Origin: Promethearchaeota archaeon
GTDB lineage: Archaea > Asgardarchaeota > Heimdallarchaeia > Hodarchaeales > Hodarchaeaceae
DNA: 64,000 nucleotides
Direction: 5' to 3'
NCBI GenBank assembly: GCA_048938105.1
Contig: JBHLMN010000009.1
Coordinates: forward strand, 128,001-192,000
Positions 9,256 through 18,748 of this stretch are shown here, in pieces (position 1 is the first letter of the stretch; each line of letters begins with the position of its first letter). The notes beneath the pieces were generated by a model. That model had not been told where the DNA came from and ran no database searches. It saw only the letters and a list, made by a program, of their open reading frames with translations. Both the position numbers and the translations under genes were made by a program.

Positions 9256-12200
9256 CTAAGAGCAATTAACACAACGTGCAACTACTTCTTCATTTTTTAT
9301 CTTAACTTTAACCCTACCACATTCACTGCAGACCAATGCTTGACATTTTTTACAGGTAGACATATGATCAGGGCAAAAAGATCTGTGACAACCATCACAA
9401 GTCTTAGCAGTACTCTTCCCTTCTATTTGCCCACATTCAGGACAAGTGAATAAGTAGTCACCTTCACATTCCTCACATACAGGTTTCTGCTCAGTATGAC
9501 CCATCTTGTAAGGAACTTTCTCACTAAAGCCCTTTCCACAGACGATACAGGTCCAAGAGTGATCATTACAGAGGATTCCACCTGTTGATTCGTCAACAAC
9601 ACCACAAGTAGTACATAACGGCTTCTTACAAACAACACATTCCTGTGAATGGTCAATACAAACTTTCTTCCCGCAATCAGAACAAAACACAATATGCTCA
9701 CTGCAGAATGTCTTTAAGCATTCTAAACAAATAAAAGTAGGAGGAGATATTTCTGATTCTAGTAAGGATTGATAGTAATTCTCGGTACTAACTTGAGAAC
9801 CACATCCATCACAAGTAATATCAGCATTCCCATTATATAAGTTTAAGTTGATTATAAATTGCCTTTCTGGCCCCTCCTCCACGTTATCCTTCTTTAGTAC
9901 TATAGGTACCAATAATCTGGGAATCCAATATATAGCTTTTTCAGAAATGGAAACATCGGCCTTTCCTGGGCGAAGAAAATCTTGGGGAACCCCTCTCGCC
10001 TTTAACCTCGCGATTGCCTTATGAAATTCCTCATAAGCGGCCTCTTGCTCCTTCATTAAGTCTTGTCGCTGACTTTCTATATCTTTAATTTGATCACGTA
10101 GTTCACGAATTTTTTCTTCATGTCTTGTTATTTTTGTTTCACTAGATTCGATTGAACGTTCGGTCGCTTTACTTGATTTACCTTCAGCATCACGAGCGCG
10201 TTTCTCCGCTTGGAGTGTCTCCAATCTTATCATCGTTTCATCTAATTTTCGGTTCTCATTTTCCATCCTTTCTTCGAGGCGGCTTATTTGAGAGGATAGT
10301 TTTGATAATTCTTTTCTTACTTTTCTACCAGCCAATTTCTCAACTTCATTCTTCTCAAACTCTCGCAATTGATGATGATATATTACCTCTGCTTCCTTGA
10401 AAGGATTCTGTGTAAAATACCATATTATATTATCAGGTAATTTAGTAATAATCTCCTTATCGAGTTTATAAAACTGCACTCCATCCATTGGCTGGATTTG
10501 TAAGTCAGTAGGGGGTAATGCTGACGCATGAATCCCTTCAATCGTTGTAGCATTCCATTCAATCTTCCTACTTAGATCAAATGATCGGGTCATTTCTTCT
10601 GTAATGGCTACAGGAAAATCTAGACCCCCTTCTTTGATTGTCCGCTTAATGTTAATCTGAGTTGTTGAGTAATAGAGAGGCGAATAAAAATTCGTTGTAT
10701 TTCTAAACTGAACAGAAAATCCATCAATTTCAGGCTCCCCACTTATACTTAATCGATTAAAAATAATATTATCTAGCTGTTTTCCCTTTATTGGTATTTT
10801 AGGGTTAAGAAATCGTTCTGTGATTTTCCCCGTTGCTGGCTTTTTCTTACTGAATTCGAATTCTATTTCTGGCGCTTCTTCTACTACTTCAGCTTCAATA
10901 ACTTCTTTTTTTGGTTTTTTTCTCTTCGTTGGTTTTGGTGGTCTAAGCGTCAAAACTTTAATTTCATTATCCGTTAAAGGGCCTTTATGAAGACTAAGGA
11001 GCCATCGAGTTTTTAACCTATTCACTCCATATTTTGGATTATAAGCAATAAAATTACCTGGCTTTAGAGCTCTAATCTGCCCCATTAATTTTGAGAATTC
11101 TTCTGGTGTTCCACCAGCTCCTTCAAAAACTGGTTTCAATGCTCCTTCGACCTTTGCAATATCCTGATTCGTAGCTAACCTTCCTAAAACCCAAGTTGCA
11201 ATATTTGAAAGTCCACGATAGTCAAGGTCTCCGGGGTTTTGCGTGGCTAATACACAACCCAAACCTGCTGCCCGCGCTTGTTTCAAAATTATTAATAATG
11301 CGGTTTTAGAGGGTGGGCTTAGTGCACCAGCTGGCATAAAACCATAAAGTTCGTCAAAATAGAGTATTGCTCGTAAACGACTCGTACCGCCTTTCGACCA
11401 CGCCCATCTTTGTATTTCTCCTAATATTTCAGCAACGAAATTATTTTTTTCATCTGTGTCAGTTATCTTACGTAGATCAAAAACAATTATCGGTGTTTTG
11501 TTTTTCTTTTTAGCTAAAGCAATCATTTTATCAAAGTCTAGATCTACTCCAGGTACCGCCCGTACCATAAGCGCATTGATGTTCCTTGCCAATTCTGATC
11601 TCTTAGTTTTAGAAATAAACTTATCAACTTCTAAAGAACCAACCTTTTCGAATGGTGGGTTTTGAATACCCTCTATAAGTTGATCCAGTTCCACATTCCT
11701 TTGTTTACCTTCCTCCCAATAATTTCTGATAAGGTTACTCAGAAAAATTACTCTGTTATCAGTTGAAGAACTTGTCCCAATCCCACAGCGAGAGAGTAAT
11801 AACTGAATTTTGAGATCAAGGGTACTTAAAAGAGCATCAGGAGATTCAGTCATCAATTCATCATAGTTTGGTGGTTTTTCAAAGTTTGGAGTCAATGAAA
11901 TTTGGACACCTGCAGAATTTTTAGGGGTAATAAGAATGACAGCTACCTTATCAGAAAAATCTTTCTCAATATCTGCATATTCATCCCCAAAAGAGTCTTC
12001 TAGCTTGTCTTGATAAAGTTCTATCCATTCTTCAGCTATTTGTCTAGGATCTCCGCCCCCTCGATCTTCAGCTTCTACTTCCGCATGAACTAGCAACTTA
12101 TCTTTGGTGAATTCACCAAGTCCGATGCCAAGGGCACCAATATCTCCCTTTGGATCAACAGCAATAATGGGAATGTCCGCTCGAATCGCTTCCTCTACGA

Positions 12201-12348
12201 TAGACTTACATACTACAGTTTTCCCAGAACCACTCGCACCCAGAATAGCTGCATGAGTTAAAAAGGTAGTACTCGGTATTTTAAACTGCTCTTCCCCAAT
12301 TCTTCCTAGATAGAACTCTGGATCTGACATATCAACACCATTAACCAC
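9256..12348 (-). CDS. HerA/FtsK-superfamily (DUF87-like) P-loop ATPase with coiled coil and C-terminal Cys/His zinc-finger array
   Basis: THAAILGASGSGKT (Walker A), VDPKGD, LYFDE (Walker B), KQARAAGLGCVLATQNP; heptad-rich region; repeated CxxC...CxxH at the C-terminus. Confidence 0.85.
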   Translation of the reverse strand: MVNGVDMSDPEFYLGRIGEEQFKIPSTTFLTHAAILGASGSGKTVVCKSIVEEAIRADIPIIAVDPKGDIGALGIGLGEFTKDKLLVHAEVEAEDRGGGDPRQIAEEWIELYQDKLEDSFGDEYADIEKDFSDKVAVILITPKNSAGVQISLTPNFEKPPNYDELMTESPDALLSTLDLKIQLLLSRCGIGTSSSTDNRVIFLSNLIRNYWEEGKQRNVELDQLIEGIQNPPFEKVGSLEVDKFISKTKRSELARNINALMVRAVPGVDLDFDKMIALAKKKNKTPIIVFDLRKITDTDEKNNFVAEILGEIQRWAWSKGGTSRLRAILYFDELYGFMPAGALSPPSKTALLIILKQARAAGLGCVLATQNPGDLDYRGLSNIATWVLGRLATNQDIAKVEGALKPVFEGAGGTPEEFSKLMGQIRALKPGNFIAYNPKYGVNRLKTRWLLSLHKGPLTDNEIKVLTLRPPKPTKRKKPKKEVIEAEVVEEAPEIEFEFSKKKPATGKITERFLNPKIPIKGKQLDNIIFNRLSISGEPEIDGFSVQFRNTTNFYSPLYYSTTQINIKRTIKEGGLDFPVAITEEMTRSFDLSRKIEWNATTIEGIHASALPPTDLQIQPMDGVQFYKLDKEIITKLPDNIIWYFTQNPFKEAEVIYHHQLREFEKNEVEKLAGRKVRKELSKLSSQISRLEERMENENRKLDETMIRLETLQAEKRARDAEGKSSKATERSIESSETKITRHEEKIRELRDQIKDIESQRQDLMKEQEAAYEEFHKAIARLKARGVPQDFLRPGKADVSISEKAIYWIPRLLVPIVLKKDNVEEGPERQFIINLNLYNGNADITCDGCGSQVSTENYYQSLLESEISPPTFICLECLKTFCSEHIVFCSDCGKKVCIDHSQECVVCKKPLCTTCGVVDESTGGILCNDHSWTCIVCGKGFSEKVPYKMGHTEQKPVCEECEGDYLFTCPECGQIEGKSTAKTCDGCHRSFCPDHMSTCKKCQALVCSECGRVKVKIKNEEVVARCVNCS

Positions 12349-12560
12349 ATTAGAAAGATTAAATATTAATTAATATGATTTAAGAGTCTGTAATTCGAAA
12401 ATACATAAAGTAAGCTATTAAATAAACTTTATCAAACTGAGCTTAGTTATCATATGATATATTAAAAAATTCCTCTTAATTAATGCTAAAGTACTTGGAA
12501 GATACTTAAGTCCCTCAGGAATGCTTTATAGTATTAGGTTTAAAACCCACGGACTCTTCT

Positions 12561-13175
12561 GTGAATATAAATCGCGTCAGGATAGGTCGAACATTGGTCA
12601 ACATTGGTATTTTAGGAACAATGAATTGCGGAAAAACATCAGTCTTCGTGTCTTTTATGAATTCTTTAGCTAGCTCGGATGAAAAAATCATTGCTGGCGC
12701 CCCAGGTGGCCCAGAAATGTATACAACGCAGACAGTCGATTTTATTAGATTTACGTCAAAAGGATTCATCCATGTTCTCTATGGCACTGGTGGGCATCAA
12801 ACTCCTATCACTGATTATTATCGTGTTTATGTCTTAAGAAATGCTAATCGATTTCTTTGTATGTTTGATCTAAGTGAGGATCTTGAAGAACAATTTGAAT
12901 TTTATCGCGGATTTGATATTCCAACCAAATCAATTGTTGTTTATCTGAATAAATATGATCTAGCTCCTGAAAATTTGAAAAATTATCAAGAAAAAGTAAG
13001 TTCTTTCTTTATTAATGAGAAGAAAAAACTCATCAAAGATATTTTCCCAACAGTTGCATTAAGAACTGCTGATGAAGAACATGAGGAATATAAACAGAAT
13101 TGTTTGAAAGGGATATTAAGTCTATGTGATTTTGATCGGGATGCTTCTGCTTTTGATGTCTGGGAGGGGCAATAA
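12561..13175 (+). CDS. Small GTPase, MglA/CvnD/Arf-like
   Basis: G1 GTMNCGKT, G2 TTQTVDF, G3 LYGTGGH, G4 NKYD. Confidence 0.8.
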   Translation: MNINRVRIGRTLVNIGILGTMNCGKTSVFVSFMNSLASSDEKIIAGAPGGPEMYTTQTVDFIRFTSKGFIHVLYGTGGHQTPITDYYRVYVLRNANRFLCMFDLSEDLEEQFEFYRGFDIPTKSIVVYLNKYDLAPENLKNYQEKVSSFFINEKKKLIKDIFPTVALRTADEEHEEYKQNCLKGILSLCDFDRDASAFDVWEGQ

Positions 13176-13205
13176 GAGTATAAGAAAGATATAGGATCAG
13201 ATAGT

Positions 13206-14117
13206 ATGACTTCCGAAGAAGATCCTTTTATTAAGCTTGTCGAAACATTAACAGTCTTGGAAAACTATAACCGAGCTCTTTGTCTAATAGCAGTATATTT
13301 AGGCCAAAGGGCTGATCAGAATACTGTTCAAGGAATTACAGATATTTTTTCAGCACTTTTGGGAAAAGAAACCGCAGCTACCCCCACAAAAGTTCGTGGT
13401 TTAATCACTTCATTAGTGAATGTTGGCATCCTTGAACGTGAAAGAGTAAAAATGATCAGTTCGACAAAGGTTTCTTTCCATTCAATTAGCTCTTTGGGTC
13501 TAATTACTTTATTATACATTTTAATTATTTATCTTATAAAAGATCCAATGCATGGAGTAGAATGGGATAACTTGATGTTTGTAGGATATATTTCTGGTGA
13601 TCGAGAGGATAATCTTGTCCGATTCCTAAACAATTCAATCATTGAGAGTAATAGAATAACAGAAAGATTTTGGACATCATTAAAAAGTGGAAAAGAACCA
13701 AAGAAGATTAGGATGAGTAAACCACTCGATTTAGATGTAATGAAAACCTTCAGTGGGAAAGGTGGTATTGACACTTTCAAGATTTTAGAAGAATTAGTGT
13801 GGGATCATCTGAATCTAAATACTGGCATTTCCCAAGATGAATTAGCAAGTCATTTTGAAGGATCAATAACAAGTAATCTCAAGAAATTAACTCCTCTTGC
13901 TTTAGAAGAACAATTAAACAAATCCAAGTATTATCGATTGTCTTCTTTAGGAGTATTTATTTTACCAGTTTTAGCATTAATGATAAAGGAATTATCAGTT
14001 GATCAGTCTATTTTCCAATCAATCCTGACAAAGGATGTAAACACAGAGGAAAATCCATGGGTTGTATTAATACGCCAAGCACGCTTCTTTTTCAAGAATT
14101 TGTATAGAATTCCTTAG
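13206..14117 (+). CDS. Hypothetical protein with two probable winged-helix units
   Basis: Two segments with wHTH-like pattern, ending HSISSLG and YRLSSLG. Confidence 0.55.
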   Translation: MTSEEDPFIKLVETLTVLENYNRALCLIAVYLGQRADQNTVQGITDIFSALLGKETAATPTKVRGLITSLVNVGILERERVKMISSTKVSFHSISSLGLITLLYILIIYLIKDPMHGVEWDNLMFVGYISGDREDNLVRFLNNSIIESNRITERFWTSLKSGKEPKKIRMSKPLDLDVMKTFSGKGGIDTFKILEELVWDHLNLNTGISQDELASHFEGSITSNLKKLTPLALEEQLNKSKYYRLSSLGVFILPVLALMIKELSVDQSIFQSILTKDVNTEENPWVVLIRQARFFFKNLYRIP

Positions 14118-14288
14118 TCCTAATTCTATAAATCCTTTTTTATTTCAAAGGTTTAATTTAATCAAAAAGACAAAAAATACTTGAGTTCATAACTTCAATA
14201 AATTTAATTAATTCGCAGGTAATAGATTACTGCTGTCGTAAACATCATCCCATTTGTGTTAACGAAGTACCCTAGGCTGTGATACAAC

Positions 14289-15683
14289 GTGATTGTCGTC
14301 TTAGATGAACAAGATTCACCATTTCATCTTCCTCTAGTTGATTTTCACACTCACATCGGTAGAGTTAAGATTGAGACTACAAAAGGGGCCTCCCAAAGAA
14401 TAAATCGTCCCCAAGATATCATCAATCTTTATGAAAAATTGCAGTATGAAATACATAGACGTATTTCTCTGAACCAATCAGATTATTATGTTACTCTACC
14501 AAAAGCAGAAGAACTTTCAAATCCTTTACTCCCTGCTGTACAGAAGTTATTAGAATTGAATAGTACTAAAAGTCGAGGATGGATCGTTGATCATATCGTT
14601 TGCTTCCCGTTTAATGATATTTTTCATACAAAGACGTCTCCAAAATTTATTAAAAGTAATCAATATGTACGTCATCAAACACAATCCTTTGATTTTTCAT
14701 TTCGGTTTATTCCATTTTGTAGGGTAGATGTGACTGATGAAGGAGCTGCTGAAGAGGTAAAGAACTCTATTGGTTTAGGAATGAGAGGATTGAAACTCCA
14801 CCCTATGTCACAAGGTTGGATCGAGAGCATTGTGTCATCCGCCTGCAAAGAGGTTTTACAAACAGCGGGAGAGCTTTCAATACCAATCATTTTTGATGTT
14901 CCTAATAAGGGAGTAGCTGTTGACATTACTACAATAGCAGAAGAAGCACGACAAGAGGTTGATTTTCCAATCAATGTCGTCTTAGGTCATTCTGCTTTTG
15001 ACTATAATTCGAAAGAAATCTTTGAATGTTTAACAAAAGATGAAATGTTTGCTGAAACATCAGGAATGAGGGGAAAAGATGTTGAGATTTATTTCAACAA
15101 TGTTGTAAATGTAAAGGGATGGGAAAATAAATTACTGTTTGGAACAGATTCAAATTACTTTGGTGTCTTACAGGCAGCTGATTTCATCACTTTTCTTTTA
15201 TCACAGAAATTTAAAGAGCTAGTTGAAAATACTAGCTCTAATATTGAACCATTAGATGCAGCTGGGAGAATACTTGGAGGTAATGCTCTTAAAATTATTC
15301 CCCCATCTTGGTTCAATAATTCAATTCCACTGAAAAAACATCGTTCGAGCTCTAAAGGATATTCAACAGATTTACTAATTTTACGATCAAATCTAAAAAA
15401 GATTCTAACAAAACAGAACAACACGGGAACAATTGATCTTGCTAAACCGCAGAGAAAAGAGATTTCGATTCAAGTTCTAACTATTGGGCAATTAGACAAA
15501 AAATTCTCTTATATTCTTGAAACTAAGGACAATTATCAAAATATCACACTCAGTCCAATTTCTAATCTTGATAGAATTAATGATTTACCCATAAAATCGC
15601 TAAGCCCTGTTGAATTGATTTCTAAATCGCGGAAAAGGAAACCACGCTTAAAAGATCAAACATTTCTTGAATTATTGGGGTGA
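14289..15683 (+). CDS. Amidohydrolase_2-type TIM-barrel metallohydrolase with C-terminal extension
   Basis: VDFHTH, GLKLHP, VVLGH, LLFGTDS, ILGGNA. Confidence 0.85.
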   Translation: MIVVLDEQDSPFHLPLVDFHTHIGRVKIETTKGASQRINRPQDIINLYEKLQYEIHRRISLNQSDYYVTLPKAEELSNPLLPAVQKLLELNSTKSRGWIVDHIVCFPFNDIFHTKTSPKFIKSNQYVRHQTQSFDFSFRFIPFCRVDVTDEGAAEEVKNSIGLGMRGLKLHPMSQGWIESIVSSACKEVLQTAGELSIPIIFDVPNKGVAVDITTIAEEARQEVDFPINVVLGHSAFDYNSKEIFECLTKDEMFAETSGMRGKDVEIYFNNVVNVKGWENKLLFGTDSNYFGVLQAADFITFLLSQKFKELVENTSSNIEPLDAAGRILGGNALKIIPPSWFNNSIPLKKHRSSSKGYSTDLLILRSNLKKILTKQNNTGTIDLAKPQRKEISIQVLTIGQLDKKFSYILETKDNYQNITLSPISNLDRINDLPIKSLSPVELISKSRKRKPRLKDQTFLELLG

Positions 15684-18646
15684 ATCGCTTGACTAATAAA
15701 GAGTACACACTTAAAACGGAATTATATTTCACCCACGGAATTGAAATAGAGAACCATTTAGTTTCACGAAAAACAGGGGAAGTTATTGTAGGAGATGAGC
15801 TTCTCAACGCGTGGGAGAAAATGTTTTCTGGAGCAGCAGAATTCTTACAGAAATTGAGAAAAGATAAGCACGTTCCTAAAGAAATCTTAAAGAAAATCGA
15901 AAAAGTAGAAGTTAAAGAAGAGGTTAAGAGAGAAAGACGGTTAAAATTCGTCTTTGTCAACTATAAGCTAGGAAAAAAGACTATCCGAGTCAATGTATTT
16001 GGGCCAGATCCCAATATTGGTCAAATCACTTGGTTACTCGAACTGGTGACTCCTCCTTGTGAGTATTTAGAGGAATTGGATTTCTGGATCGATACATTAT
16101 TTGCAGCAGGCCTTCAAGGCCTACCCTCTGATGTAGCTTTACTTCCGATTGGATTAAATCCAACAGAAAAAAGGGTAAGGAGTGGATTGACATGTGGAGA
16201 ACATCATCATATTGGGATGCCAAAACAAATACGTATTCCTATATATAATATGCTTAGAAATTATGTACCTCATTTAATCGCTCTTAGCACAACATCCCCA
16301 TTTTTAGATAAAAAACCAAGTGGTAAGGTTTTGATTCGAAAAACTGATGGAAAAAAACAGATTATAGGAAGATGTGTCCATTCGTACCGATTACTGAAAA
16401 ATAGTGGTCAAATGGGACCAAATATACCTAGTTATCTCCCCGTATTAGATAACAAGTCTACTAGAATGGATTTCGCTAAATCAGTTAGAAAGGCTCCTCC
16501 AGATGACCGAATGGTTGATTTGTATCCTTTTACTGATTACTCTACGATAGAAATTCGTTTTTTTGACGCTCAACCTTGGCCCGAGATCCGCTTGGCCATC
16601 GTACTCTTGATTCAAGCTCTTGCACAGAAAACAAAGAATTTAATTGAGAATAATGAAGAAGTCCCTAAAGTAGCATCCCGATGCCTTTACGAAAACCGAA
16701 GAAAATCTGTGCAATTTGGTCTACTTGCCCAATTTACCACTGACGATAATTTGGCTGATAACTTTTCCAAATTTTACAATTATGATATAACTACTGGTAA
16801 AAAAGCTTCAAAATTGATGCATTCCATAAAATCTTTGTTAGTTTATGTTCAGCATGAGCTCGAGGGATTTGGATCGGAGTTGGTGAATTATATTCTAATA
16901 CCTATCCTTGGTTCTAATGATTATGATCCCCCTCTCACTGTAGCAGAATATTTACTTTCTTTATACAAAATTGCTGATGATATTTCCTTCTTACCAGATT
17001 TATATTATTCTAAAGAAAATAGCTATCCTTTAGTTGTTGCCAGTGATTATACTTCTCTTCAACAGGTGGAAATAACGGATAAAATTGAAGAGACAGAAGC
17101 ATCCCTTCAACAATCATTACGTAAGGATTTAGCTAAACGGAAAATTTCAATCCCAAAAGTAGAGAAAAAACCAGTAAAACCTAAGGGAAAACCTCCTAAG
17201 AAACCACCTAAGAAGAAAGTTCCTCGGAAAAGACCAAAGAAAAAGGAGATTGAGAAACCTGTTATTACACCCACAATAAAGGTCGAAAAGCCACCAACTT
17301 TAGCAGCAATAAAAACTAGAAAACATGTTCCTAAGCCAATTCCACCTCCTACTGAAGAACCAATTGAAACAACAGAAGGGGAAATTAAAATATCTGCTTT
17401 TGAAGATAGTGAGGACCTCGAAGTATTCTCACCAACGATAGAAGTTGAAGCTAAATATCAGAAAATTGAATCTAGAATAGCAAATGTCATGCGAACTCGA
17501 CGTAAAGAAATAGAAGTAAAAAGGCGAGAATTTTTCTTAGATCATCTTAAAAAAGAACGTGTGGCTTTTAAACCCTCTCCAAAAAAGGTTGCCCCTATCT
17601 TTCCAGCCTTAGTATCAGGACCAGAAATATTTGGATACATTGAAATCAGTTTTCGTGATGTTAAAAGAGCCATGTATAAATTTCGAAATAATCCCATCAC
17701 ATTAATATTCAAAGCCAAAGAAAAAGGAAAACCAGTGAAGTCAAAGATAAACACCTCAATAGATATAGCCAGTCTTGAAGAAAGAGGAATGACTAGAATT
17801 CCATGCTCAATAAACCTGGGTGAATTATATGGAGATATAACGGTGAATATAGAGGCAGTTACTGCAACAAACGAAAGCCTATTACCAAAAAAGTTCTCAT
17901 TTAATCTAATCCGCAAGGATGAAATAGCAATAAATCCAAAAGAATTCTATGTTACTGGGAATTATGGCCTTGTAGAGTGTATCTTTCAAGCGGTCAATGA
18001 ATCAAAAGATTCAGAAAAAGGAGAACATGAAGTATTCCTCGTGACCCAGGCTTTAACAGATCCAGTCTTAATATCTTATACAAAATTTAATTTGAAACCT
18101 AAAGAAAATCTAGAACTAGCTCGGAGTATCGATTTATTAATAAATTATCAACACACACCCTTTTACATAGTATCTCAAATCACAATCGGACGATTTAAGA
18201 AGAATAGGTCATTTAAGACAATTGGACCAATAAAACCACTGAAAGAAATATGTGTAGATTGGAATTTCACGGTTGACCCAACAAAAAGAACTAATCTCTG
18301 GGAAGGAGTAGAACCAAAAAAGCAGTATGAAGTGAACTTTGTATTCCATTTTATTAAATCAATGCCGTATGCAACTATAACAATTCATGTGAATACTCTC
18401 CCTGGGGGGCAAACAAAACGATTAGTAAATTTTCGAATCAAAAGAGACATTGATGCAGGGGATGAATTCATCATACCGAATATTAAATTTAAAACACCAA
18501 AAGATTGTGGTTATCTCTATTTTGATGTTGAAATACGCAATGAAATGGGATTAATTCCACTGGATCTCATTTCTGGTCCAATTGGAGTCCAAAGTAAAGG
18601 TGAACAGGCAGCTACATATGAAGAGAGACTTGATTTGACGTTATAG
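15680..18646 (+). CDS. GCS2/YbdK-family carboxylate-amine ligase with Lys/Pro linker and large C-terminal extension
   Basis: THGIEIE, ELVTPP, CGEHHHIG, LIALSTTSPF, TIEIRFFD; GTGA overlap with the amidohydrolase. Confidence 0.8.
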   Translation: MNRLTNKEYTLKTELYFTHGIEIENHLVSRKTGEVIVGDELLNAWEKMFSGAAEFLQKLRKDKHVPKEILKKIEKVEVKEEVKRERRLKFVFVNYKLGKKTIRVNVFGPDPNIGQITWLLELVTPPCEYLEELDFWIDTLFAAGLQGLPSDVALLPIGLNPTEKRVRSGLTCGEHHHIGMPKQIRIPIYNMLRNYVPHLIALSTTSPFLDKKPSGKVLIRKTDGKKQIIGRCVHSYRLLKNSGQMGPNIPSYLPVLDNKSTRMDFAKSVRKAPPDDRMVDLYPFTDYSTIEIRFFDAQPWPEIRLAIVLLIQALAQKTKNLIENNEEVPKVASRCLYENRRKSVQFGLLAQFTTDDNLADNFSKFYNYDITTGKKASKLMHSIKSLLVYVQHELEGFGSELVNYILIPILGSNDYDPPLTVAEYLLSLYKIADDISFLPDLYYSKENSYPLVVASDYTSLQQVEITDKIEETEASLQQSLRKDLAKRKISIPKVEKKPVKPKGKPPKKPPKKKVPRKRPKKKEIEKPVITPTIKVEKPPTLAAIKTRKHVPKPIPPPTEEPIETTEGEIKISAFEDSEDLEVFSPTIEVEAKYQKIESRIANVMRTRRKEIEVKRREFFLDHLKKERVAFKPSPKKVAPIFPALVSGPEIFGYIEISFRDVKRAMYKFRNNPITLIFKAKEKGKPVKSKINTSIDIASLEERGMTRIPCSINLGELYGDITVNIEAVTATNESLLPKKFSFNLIRKDEIAINPKEFYVTGNYGLVECIFQAVNESKDSEKGEHEVFLVTQALTDPVLISYTKFNLKPKENLELARSIDLLINYQHTPFYIVSQITIGRFKKNRSFKTIGPIKPLKEICVDWNFTVDPTKRTNLWEGVEPKKQYEVNFVFHFIKSMPYATITIHVNTLPGGQTKRLVNFRIKRDIDAGDEFIIPNIKFKTPKDCGYLYFDVEIRNEMGLIPLDLISGPIGVQSKGEQAATYEERLDLTL

Positions 18647-18748
18647 ATGAAGAGTCAGTTTTTTTTGATATAAAATTAGTTTAAAAAAGATTAAGAATAC
18701 TGAAGTAGAATAATGTTAGTTAATGATTAAATTTGAAGAGGCTTAATT

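Noticed and set aside
6292-12348. Sir2 + HerA as an anti-phage Sir2-HerA system
   Set aside because: The sirtuin is a canonical CobB-type deacylase with a zinc domain, three genes away and on the opposite strand from the ATPase.
14215-14265. Two weak hairpins upstream of the amidohydrolase
   Set aside because: Short, bulged stems at a level expected by chance; no recognisable riboswitch.
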